From Cystobasidiomycetes sp. EMM_F5 (Eukaryota), in assembly GCA_051047955.1 (NCBI GenBank), contig JBPGPT010000066.1:1-32267 (forward strand): a DNA stretch of 32,267 nt, read 5' to 3'. The notes under the pieces were generated by a model. That model did not search any database. It was not told the origin of the DNA and saw only the letters and a program-made list of their open reading frames with translations. The position numbers and the translations under genes are program-made. Of the stretch, positions 1-9,859 are shown in pieces (the first letter of the stretch is position 1; every line of letters begins with the position of its first letter).

Positions 1-63
1 GGAGCTGGAGCTGGAGCTGGAGCTGGAGCTGGAGCTGGAGCTGGAGCTGGAGCTGCTGCTGCT
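1..63. repeat. (GGAGCT)9 + (GCT)3 microsatellite, continuing past the window edge; encodes at least 21 Ser on the minus strand
   Basis: Nine perfect hexamers at 1-54, then GCT x3; read as AGC TCC codons in the open minus frame. Confidence 0.95.
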
Positions 64-1531
64 CTGAGGCGACTGACGTGCTTGAGGGGAGAAAAGCTGA
101 GTGATACGGTTGTACATCGAGCGGAAAGGGCGGCCGGATGTGCTGACAGGGTTTGCTGGTACACGTGGAGCAGCAAATGTACTTCCCAAACGTCCGCCAT
201 GAGTAATGCCGTCGCCATTTGGGCCAGGAAGTGGTTGTCTCCTACTCTGAGTCTGTGTGGATCTCGGAGATATGCTCGTGGAGGACCTCTGAGACGGAGG
301 AGTGACGGATGATATCGAAGGAGATGTATCATTGTGTATAGATCCAGCTTGCGGCGATACGGTCGAAGCATGAGCATTAGAAAGTGGAAGCCGGTGTGCA
401 TTTGTGTTCTGGTAGGGTCCTACTCCACCTGCCGGGTTGGGCAGCTCCGTCGCGATCTGCGGAGCAGGCGCTGTGGCGGTATCGTATCTGTCAATACCGA
501 TGGTAGCTCGAGCCCCACCTGCAGCACTTGCGTTGACGGCTGATGGAGCGGGCACAGGTGTTTCTGTAGGTCGCCTTCTCGCTACGTTGTTGCGGGCTCT
601 TGCACCCCTCCTTGACGCAGTAGTGTGTGGATCTACGGGTCGCGGGTCCGAAATATTGACTTGCGGTGTCACGTTGGTGGGTGCCGCAGGCTGCTGAAGC
701 GTCGAAATCCCAGTCTGCGAGGGCTCAATTGGTAATACATCACTATTCCTGCGTAACGCAGCGGGATTGACTTGAACGTAGTTACGGACAAGAACCTCAT
801 ACAGAGTCTGTCCGGCGATCTGTATTTGCTGTAGTTGCTCGTATTGCATGTTGGATATATGATTTGTGATGTCGACATACAGGCTGGACAATGCCAGGCT
901 CAAGTTCGAGTTCCTCGAGTCGTCTAATGCTGCGGGCCTAACAACGTGCCGGTATCGGATTGTCGACCAGTCGAGAACGCCGGTATTGTTCAGGGCTGCA
1001 GTGAAAGCTGCAACCTGCTGAGAGACTTCGGCGGGTCTGATATGACGTTCAGGTTGGCGTGCTGCTCGGAGAAAAATTTCATCCACATCGTTGATTGAGG
1101 GTTCAGGCCTTGCGCCAGAAAGAGCAATATCTAGGGCCTGCTCGTTGTTAACGAAACTCATTGCGGCGTTCTGTGGGAGGAGAGGCACTGACCATTGTCA
1201 GTACGCAGTTCCGTTCGGAACCTAATTCTGTCAAATTTCGGATTGATACAGGACATCTTCTCCTTTGCAAGGTCGGTAAGAGCGATGGAATCATTGTATT
1301 CGCAGCGGTGGTAGTCTGCAATGTTTGCTGCGGCTGCACGTCACGGACAGTACTAGCCATAGTCGTCGAAGTTTGCCGCCGGTTGCGAGCACTCCATACC
1401 ACTTGACCCTGAGCATCCTGTGTCGAAGGTGAGCCATGTAACGGTGAACTCCAGAGCCTAAGGTTACGTACTCTTCGCAAGGCTACGGTATTGGCCGCCG
1501 GAGAGTTCCTCAAAGACCCCGAATCAGACAT
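1..1531 (-). CDS. Orphan protein, 3'-partial (runs off the left edge): one copy of the novel helical domain followed by an S/T/P/R-rich disordered tail ending in poly-Ser. Exons 1531-1193 and 1137-<1
   Basis: ORF 1148..1531 joins through intron 1192-1138 (GTCAGT...GTTAAC...CAG, 55 nt, phase 0) to a frame I translated without a stop from 1137 to 1 (ALDIALSGARPEPSINDVDEIF...QSSSSS). This frame is missing from the ORF track because it has no stop inside the window. Confidence 0.8.
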
Positions 1532-1942
1532 TATGTGGAGTAAAGCTTAATCTCGTTATGTAGCAGTGGAGGGGTACCAGCACGGACTTTAGTGTGTCTG
1601 CACGATGACAAGTTACTTTCGCTTTGTCAGACACTGGCATCGCTTTTACACACAGCTTCTGTACTGCGTGTCGACTGTACAGCCTTCCTCACATCGCCTA
1701 GCGATGCGTGAAATTTCACACTTCACAGCCTGGGAGATCGAGAGTCCCATGCTCTGGGATTGACACGATAGTCAGAGATACATCTGACAGCGGGTTTGCA
1801 CCCATGACAATGTCTGAAGGTTAGTAAGTAGGCCCTGTAGCTCAGCACATGGTTGTGATTGATAGAGTGAATAAATTGTTCTCTAGCTAAACGCATCGCA
1901 AATGGTATCGTTACTCAAACGTTACTCAATGTAGTTGAGTGA

Positions 1943-4900
1943 TCACCCATTCCGCCTGTGCGTATTCCTGTTGGCACTACTGTGACCGATAGACCGCATA
2001 GTCGCTGGGTAGTAGCCTTCGTCTGCTGCTGCGCGCGTCGAAAGTCGATTGCGGCTATGATTCTGATGGTACTGAGCACTGCCGCGACGTGGCTGCTGGC
2101 TTGGGGTACGTCTCTGACGAATGGGCTCCACTTGTGCTGCAGTCTCGCGTCGTTGGCCAGGTGCGTACGGATACTCATCTTCATCTAAAAAACGTATCTG
2201 AGTAGCGTTAGTATCTGTGGAGTAGTAGACTGCGTTCGAGCGTCCTGGCGGACCAGAGATGCTTCTTGCATTGCGTGGAGTAACGTCATTCTGAGTGACT
2301 TGGCGGCTTCGCAGTCTGCCGTTGACGATGGCGGGCCGCCATGTAGTATTCGGCGCATCCAAGGTGACCGTACCACCCAGAAGGCCATAATTCTCGGCAC
2401 CGCGGGCCCTGCCTAGATTCGGTATTGTACGTGTTAGTCCCGGTCTTCCGCTGTCAGGAGTGTACGAGGGACGTCGTGAGGCGCTTTGTGATGGTGATGC
2501 AGTTTGCGTACGCTGTATTGACAGATCCGACGGATAAGTGTACGAATAGATAGTTGACCTGGACGCTAGCCGCTCTAGCCTTCGGCGTTCTTCGCGTCGT
2601 CGCAGCCAAGCGTACAACGGACGTCTTACACTCCATCTACCAGTCGTGCGACGCGCAACCGGGCCATACGGGGTTACTGTACTGGAATTGCGCCTAGCAC
2701 CCCTGCGCGAATGAGTTGACGTGCTTTCGGACGTGGCAAGACTTGTCCTTCTCTCTGTTGATGGTGGCGTGGCTGATACTCTGATAAGCCTTCTGAACCA
2801 ATTCCGAAGCCTCATCCAGCGCGGGCTTTCTGGAGCCGTCCTTGAGCCGATCGAAAAGCGAGAATTGTCGTGATATGGAGTCTGTAACAAGCCTGCCTGA
2901 TGCTGAGTATCGTCACGGTGAAGTGACGTGTATTGAGAAGGGCTGACATCCCTTGACACCTGCTCTCGATTCATCGCGGTCGGTCGAGCCTGAGTAACAG
3001 CTGTCGTTTGCGTACGTTGGGATACGTCGGCATTTGGGTTGACAGTCAGGGTTTCGCGACTCTGTGAGACGACGTTGCGTGTTTGTACGCGCCTCCGCGC
3101 CACCCCTGTCTGCAAAGTAGATGGTTGAATAGACACCGAATTTCGCGCTGGCGGAGGCAATGGCGTCGCAGTGATTGGTGGCCGTTGAGGACGATTGATG
3201 TCAGCTGTGCGCAACAATTGCGCCGGCTGTGACGCTGTACCTGCCTGGCCAGCAGCTGCCTGACCACCAGCATCTACAAGATTTGTGGAGGTGCGTCGAG
3301 TGGTCGCTGGCAGGGTAGTAGTTCGTATTTCAGATGCTACTGTTGTTTGGGGATTGCGGGCAACTCTGACTGTATCGCCTCGAGTCGGAGCGCCTCGCAC
3401 ATTGATGTTCGTCCGCTGGGTATGCATCGTTGACTGCGTTGACTCAGACTGTATTCTTGCAATTGGTGCAGTGTTTGCGTTCGCAGGTGTAGCAGTACTG
3501 TTTTGTCTCAAAATGTTCAGCAGCGCCACCGCGCTGGCGGCTAGGGTAGACCGATCTTGCAATTGGTTGATGGCGCGCTCGGAGACAGCGTAAAACTGAC
3601 GTCTTGCGTTGGTGTAAAATGCTACAGAATCTTCAACGCTTGTTGTGAGTGTGTTGTGACCCCACAGTACTCTATATTGCTCTTCAAGACGATTGAGGAG
3701 GTTGAGATTACGCAATTCTTGCATGAAAACACCGGCCGCCGCTCGTACATCGTCACGCAATGGCATCGTGGCCCCCTGGCCGCCCAATGTTGCGTTGAAG
3801 GCCGCGTGTAACACGGCGTCAAGGTCGCGTATCCGATCGGGTATCAGCGTGATGTGGAGGGCCTAGACAAGCAAATTATCAACAATCAGCGCTGTGTCGA
3901 ATAGCTTCGAATGCAAATGTCACTTACATATGTTGTGATCAGGTCAAGCTCATACGATACTCCCGTCAAAGGATGGATGGCATAAGGTAGCCTGTTGGTA
4001 GATCTGCGAGTTGAGATCTCCTCAGACGCATTGACAGGTGGAACGTACGCCTGCTCTCTGACTGATGCAGCCGTCTGTCCCAGAGCAGAAGCTGTGGTTG
4101 TCGCTTGTCGAAAGCTTGTGGAACCTTGGTCGACTGTCGAGCGCCTGCTATTGCGATGAGCGGCGCCGCGTGTTTGTGCGTTGCTCTGCATCGGGTCTGT
4201 CTGCGACCGAGGAGGTTGACGTGATGCAGTAAGATGTGCTGGCGGTGGCACAGGCGTCACAGGGTTCGCTGACTGACGAAGGACAGAGCTTGCTCTCGGT
4301 CGTCCAGGTGCTGCGGTCGAAACGGTGCCTGATTGACCGCCGCTAGCGGCAGACCCCAAAACAGGTCGAGCATTTGCAGGTTCGATGTCTGCACCAGTGC
4401 TCCCTGCTGGTGTTTGTCGGCTACTGCGAGGAATGCTGTTTGCACTGGCGCGGCGGACAGTCTGAAGTGTGGATATGACTAGCTGCGTAGACACTGTTCT
4501 CGAAATTGGGACAACATTCGATGTTGCGTCTAAAGCCGCTGGTGGATACGTGCGTTCCAGAGCGGCAAGCAGCTCGCGTGCATGGGCATCGATAGCTGAC
4601 CGGTCCCGCAGTCTCCGAATAGCTCTGTCGCAGGCTGCGTAGACGGCCGAGAGTGCTTCAGGACCGTAGCCCGCATTGCGCTGTGCTAGCAAGCCGTCAT
4701 AAAGATTGGCAGCTCGCAATTCTTGGACGAGTCGCTCAGCTGCCATTCTTACTGCATGCTCCGGCAGCGGCCGGTTGTCGTTCGAAGTGCGACCAGCCAC
4801 GTTATTCAAGACAGCAACCAGATTGCGTGTGGCCTCGTGTTCCAGCAGTATGTGGAGAACCTAATTCGGTACTTGGTCAATAGGACCGAGCAACTTATCG

Positions 4901-5280
4901 CTGGCGTGATTGTCACGTACATATGTCACGATAGTATCGTTATTGTAGTCTTCGGTCAATCCGTGAATGACTAAAGGAGTGTCCCTAAGGCTCAACACTG
5001 TGGAGTCTGTGGAGGGCTGGCGCTGCGCACTGATCAGCGGGTTGTGAGTTTGCTGCTCGACTGCCGCAATTGCTTGACGCCGTACGGTTGCGGTGTTCGC
5101 GGCCAGTTGTGGGTTTGCGGTGTTATGAGTAGCAGCAGCCCGGGGGCGCTCATCTCCGCCAGTGTGGCTGGTGAAAGACATGGTCGGGCTGTAACGCGAA
5201 GTTGCATTTATATTGCGGCTACGGCGCTGGCCACCATTACTAGACATAGATGAGACTGATCCATCCGGGTTTGCCGCCAT
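1943..5280 (-). CDS. Orphan protein of about 1070 aa with two copies of the novel helical domain separated by disordered R/S/T-rich linkers. Exons 5280-4921, 4860-3928, 3862-1943
   Basis: Three ORF-track ORFs join through introns 4920-4861 (GTACGT...TTGAC...TAG, 60 nt) and 3927-3863 (GTAAGT...CTGAT...TAG, 65 nt). Both are phase 0 and frame-preserving. Confidence 0.85.
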
Positions 5281-6460
5281 GGCAGTTTCAGAGGCTTAGA
5301 CGTGCAGGTGGGTGTAGTGGTACGCGGCAGAAATAGCCTCGATGACGGGTTGGCGTGCTTTCAAGTGTAGTGCCGACTATCATAAGTCGCCCAGTCAAGT
5401 TGGGTGGGGCATAGCCTGTTGCGCGGCCTGCGCTCCACCGCCACGGGACATTTGGGTGCTATGACCATGCGTAGCATGCGAATTACGTACCAGAAGAAAT
5501 TCAAGAGGTGTCCAGACTCGTATACTCACGATGACGATGCTGAATACTGGCAGTCCGCTGCGTATAAGTGTCACGTCAAAATTGCCCAACCGGACCAGTA
5601 TAGCTGCTCGGCGTTTGCGGCTATGCTGGGACCGGCATGTCTGCAGAATGGAACGTCGCGCCATATAGACGGTGTTGAATGGCCAAGCGAGGGTTGTCTT
5701 GGGTGACCACGCGCCTTCCGCAGCATTTGCGAGTGCATGCGTATCTGAAGAACGGACATTGAGTATACATGGGGCAGCAAGAAGCACTGTAATATTTAGT
5801 AACCAGAGCAGTAGCTCTTCTCTCCGTGAGCCGACTGTCATTAGCTGCATTTCCGGGAGATAATGTGATATTATCAGAGACTGCGGTTGTATCAGAGAGG
5901 TGGGCATTAGTCTGCAGCCATTCGCTCAAGTCATCCTTCAGGTCACTGTTGAAGTTGCTGCTGCTGGTGGATGGCTTTCCCCGTCTCTAGCTTTGAGCAT
6001 TATACGCTAGTGGATGTCCCAAAATCTCGCAGGCCTTGGCCTAACGCCCTCTGCAGAATATCCTGCAGCATTTGAGTCGCTCATGGTCGCTCATGATGGC
6101 ATGCAACAGGGCACAGTGTGCATTCAGACGTGCATTTATTGACGTTCCCATAGTCAAAGTATGGTGTCGAGCCAACACCTAGTCCGCGAAAAGTCCTGAA
6201 TCGGTACCTTTCTCAAGTATAGCGATATAATCATCCAGACTCGCAGGACAGACTTGGATACCGTTCATCTCAGCTCAGTACGCTGTTCGAAGCCCTTATC
6301 ACCGCTGACGGCCAATTCCCACTCGGAGCCGGGCAATCGTGACAGATGTCAACTTTCCCGAAGATATCGGAAATCCAGTCATAAACCTCGTTGCGGGAAT
6401 GGAGCTTTTGCTTTCTTTCTCTGGTGATCTAATCTTATAACACAGTTAAGAAACGCAACA

Positions 6461-8118
6461 ATGACCTCGTCGCTAATATTTCAGAAGGATGGACCGTACG
6501 AGCTGGCAGAGCTGCAGGATGTCCACCTCAAGTCTGCTTATAGCGGAACAACATCGTTCTCTTCTAGCTATCAGACTCGAAGACCATCAAGCACTGCTCT
6601 TCCGGAGACTGACGAATCGGCAACGATACTCGACATCGTCCCGTCTGGGGCGCCAGTCGCAACGAAGTCTGGCAACATACAATGGTGAGCTAGGCTGATT
6701 GTAAAGTCAATTACCTCACTTTTATTCAAACATATGATCTGCAGGCGTGAAATCACAGTCTGCCTAATGGCTTTCATTGTCATTTTTGTGACTTGCGGCA
6801 CAACCTTCGCGTATGGTACGTTTCGGGAAACTGCTTACGACTATTCTGTGATATTCTGGGTTATCTAACTGCCAGCACAGGAGTATTTCAAGACTTGTAT
6901 CAGCAGATGGCCGAGCAGCCTGACACGCCCTTTACTGGAGCGACTCAAGCTTCCATAGGCATGATAGGCACACTATCGGTTGCTTTCATGCAGATTGCTG
7001 CACCTCTGGCAAGTGCATGGCTCAAGCGCTTTTCCCCGCGAGCTGTCCTCCTCTCGAGCGGGGCTGTCTATTTTACAGCTTGCATGACTGCCAGCTACAG
7101 TACGCAACTCTGGCAATTCTTGCTCACTCAAGGTTTCTTGTTGGGTCTTGCTACTTGTCTAGCGTTTACGACAGCCGTTACTGTCTCCCCGACATGGTTC
7201 ACTGCCCGAAGAGGTTTGGCAATGGGCATCATCCTCAGCGGAACAGGCGTTGGCGGTCTGGCGATGGCTCCGCTAATTCAGGCATTGAACGCCGCCCTAG
7301 GTTTTCGCATGGTATTGCGCATCACCGGAGCGATAGCTACTTCGGTCATATGGGGTGCCAGCTTTGTTCTAGACTGGGATGATGTCAGCAAGGCTCGCCT
7401 GAAGCAGGAGAATGCCGCAAGTACGCAAGGTTTAGGTGCCCGCCTCTTCCGAATTCCGCTCGTCAATTGGCGAGTAGCAAGAACCAAGTCGTTCTTTGCA
7501 CAAGCTTGCGGCACAACCTTTCATGGCGCTTCCTACTACATTCCCCTATTCTATTTCTCATCCTACGCTAGAACGCTACACTACAGCAGTGCGGAAGGTG
7601 CAAACTTCATCGCCATCAATAATGCATGCAACGCAATTGGCAAGATCGTCATCGGCTACATCGCAGATAGATGGGTCGGGCGAATCAACATGCTCGTATG
7701 CGTCATGGTCATCAGTACACTGGGGACGTCAGGATGCTGGATTCCCTCTACTTTGCTGAACGGAGGTGAAGGCAGTCGAGGGCTTTTCATTGCGTTCTCA
7801 ATACTCTTCGGCACGTTTTCTAGTGCATACGTCTCCTTGTTCCCTACTGCTCTAGTAGAGATCTTTGGTCCAGCACAGTATGCATCGGTGAACGGTCTCC
7901 TGTACATGCTGCGAGGACTAGGCGGTCTGGCTGGTACACCAATTAGCGGCGTGCTCATCCGTAGCAGTGGTGTCTCCTACCTCCCGAAAGGCTACTGGTC
8001 ATCCGCTGTACTCGTCAGCGCCTTCTTGGCGGCGTGCACACTATCTCTGGCTTGGTCCTGGTACGAAGTCAGGCGAAGTCATATTGGTGGTACACGTAGG
8101 CCATCCTGGAAAATGTGA
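6461..8118 (+). CDS. MFS transporter, monocarboxylate-transporter-like (fungal MCH family). Exons 6461-6684, 6745-6815, 6881-8118
   Basis: Introns 6685-6744 (GTGAGC..CAG) and 6816-6880 (GTACGT..CAG) give TM1 CLMAFIVIFVTCGTTFAYGVFQDLY. MCT-family motifs WFTARRGLAMGIILSGTGVGG and GYIADRWVGR; about 12 hydrophobic segments. Confidence 0.92.
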
Positions 8119-8664
8119 GAACGTCATGGTCCCTTCGATGACAAAAGCGAGCATGACCAGTCAGCTCTACCTGAAGAAGGGCGCCCCACACTCCGGCGGG
8201 TCTAGATCTCAGAAGATGTCCTTGACCAAACGATGCCTCTAGGCGAATACAGGCAGCCATTCACTCGCCTAAGTCACATATCGTCCGACATCAAGACCGG
8301 AACATTTCAGCATTGTTCACGGGTCCTACAGCTCACGCGATCAGACTGCTCTTTTACCGCTCTCGCTCAGGCAATGCCTGCCTAAAAGTGTGGCAGCAGC
8401 CTCAAGTGCAATGCCGATGGCAGAGCAGCGGATGTAAGCAATTTATGCAAGTCAAGCGGCAAATAGCACAAAATATACCCAGTAATCACCCAACAGCCTG
8501 CTAGTCTAAGCGTGCCGGGGCACCACAATCCGCCCTACTCGCCTTATGAGCGAGCTGATATCAGGGTCGCCTAATCGACCCATATGTATATATATTTCCC
8601 CTATCCCCTCTGCGCAACCCGAGTTTAAAATGCCGTGTCAAAGTCAGAGACCATGTTACCGCCA

Positions 8665-9746
8665 TTAAGCCTTGTATTGGGAGTATTCGTAGCCTGCAGG
8701 ATCACGGCATGTCACTCGTGCAAGCATACTAGCAGTAGAGCAGTATACATACCATAATACTCGTCATTCTCTTCACCTGAACCATGACCGAGTCTGCCTG
8801 CCGATGTACGATGTTTGCCAGTCGAAGCATCAACGATGGGAGATATCCAGCGTTTCCTGTTTGCTACTTTGGCGTCTTTGTTGTCATTGGCAATACTTGC
8901 GTCTTCCTGGCTGTTATCCGGTACTGAAAACTTTGTTGCGGCAAGGCCGGTTGGTGCGACGTTGACGTAGATGGCCTCCCAATTGCCTGCAGGAGCTTCA
9001 TACATCTCGTGCGTGCTACACGGTGTGAACTCAGCATGTCACCCTGCAATTTCGTCGTCATGTCGTGCTCACATTCCGAGATGACGAAGAGAATCGCCTC
9101 GCTTGTTCCACCAGTCCCATCCTTCTCTATGCAGCTTGTCGCGGGCAAAGTTGAGCAGACCAGCCTTGTTTCGAAAGTAGTAGACTCCGCATATCTCGTT
9201 TCTGTCGGTAAAGTCTTTGCCTAGGTAAGATCGCGCACCGAGATAGTCGAATTCGTCTGCGCGATCGTGTAGAGACTTGCTCATGCGAAGTGCGTATTGA
9301 GCAATGACTCCCGCGTCTTTTTGGAGAAAACCTAGTGGACTGACGATAGGCCGAAGGTGAGTCGGAAATAGCGGAGAAAGATATCAACAGAATCGCAAAA
9401 CTCACTGCCTGCAAGTAAACGTGAGGAGGAATATACACACTGACCCATCCGACTTTGGGTCTCTGTCAAAGCTGGCCGTTACTTTCGACATGATTTCCCC
9501 CTCTCGTCCGGGGGTATAGGTCGACACGGCCACAATTCTCTGGAGGATATAGATTGCTCCCATAGCCAGAGCGGGCAGGTATGCCATATAGACGCGAGAG
9601 GTGAACAGGTTGGCCGTCAGTGCTAAAAGTCCCTGGAGGATTGCCCCGAAGCCCATCCAAGCTGAAATCGAGAGCTGATCCCGGAATATTGGGCTGACAA
9701 CCTTGCGAGCCATCTGGTCCCGCGGACGAGTATACTGCGGTGCCAT
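8665..9746 (-). CDS. Monooxygenase af470-like / DUF4188 family protein with an N-terminal membrane segment, 4 exons
   Basis: Introns 9405-9340, 9072-9016 and a third near 8752-8694 (GTATGT..CTGCAG) give RDQLSISAW...CRHPLGF...DYLG...YYFRNKAGLLNFARDKLHREGWDWWN...HLGITHEMYEAPAGNWEAIYVNVAPTGLAAT, the motif series of this family. Ends EYYGYEYSQYKA*. Confidence 0.82.
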
Positions 9747-9859
9747 GACTGCGATGGAACAGCTGGAGCTGCGATAAGACGGCAGCCTTGGATTAATAGG
9801 GCGGGTCATGTGATATCCGTAACACCGCTAAGGTCCATACTGACTGGGTCACCGCCAGC

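Noticed and set aside
1..63. Edge repeat as a telomere or CRISPR-like array
   Set aside because: The unit is not TTAGGG-like, has no spacers and lies within an open coding frame.
4861..4863. In-frame TAG between ORFs 4861..5280 and 3886..4809, suggesting stop-codon readthrough or recoding
   Set aside because: The TAG is the acceptor of a canonical 60-nt intron (4920-4861) whose position matches the introns in the paralogous domains.
5395..5929. Overlapping ORFs, including a Cys-containing 100-aa plus ORF (5404-5706) and a 170-aa minus ORF with a hydrophobic stretch
   Set aside because: No convincing start plus signal peptide, splice structure or recognisable family; could be a relic but cannot be supported from sequence alone.
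6076..6095. GTCGCTCATG x2 tandem
   Set aside because: Only two 10-bp units; ordinary slippage with no functional evidence.
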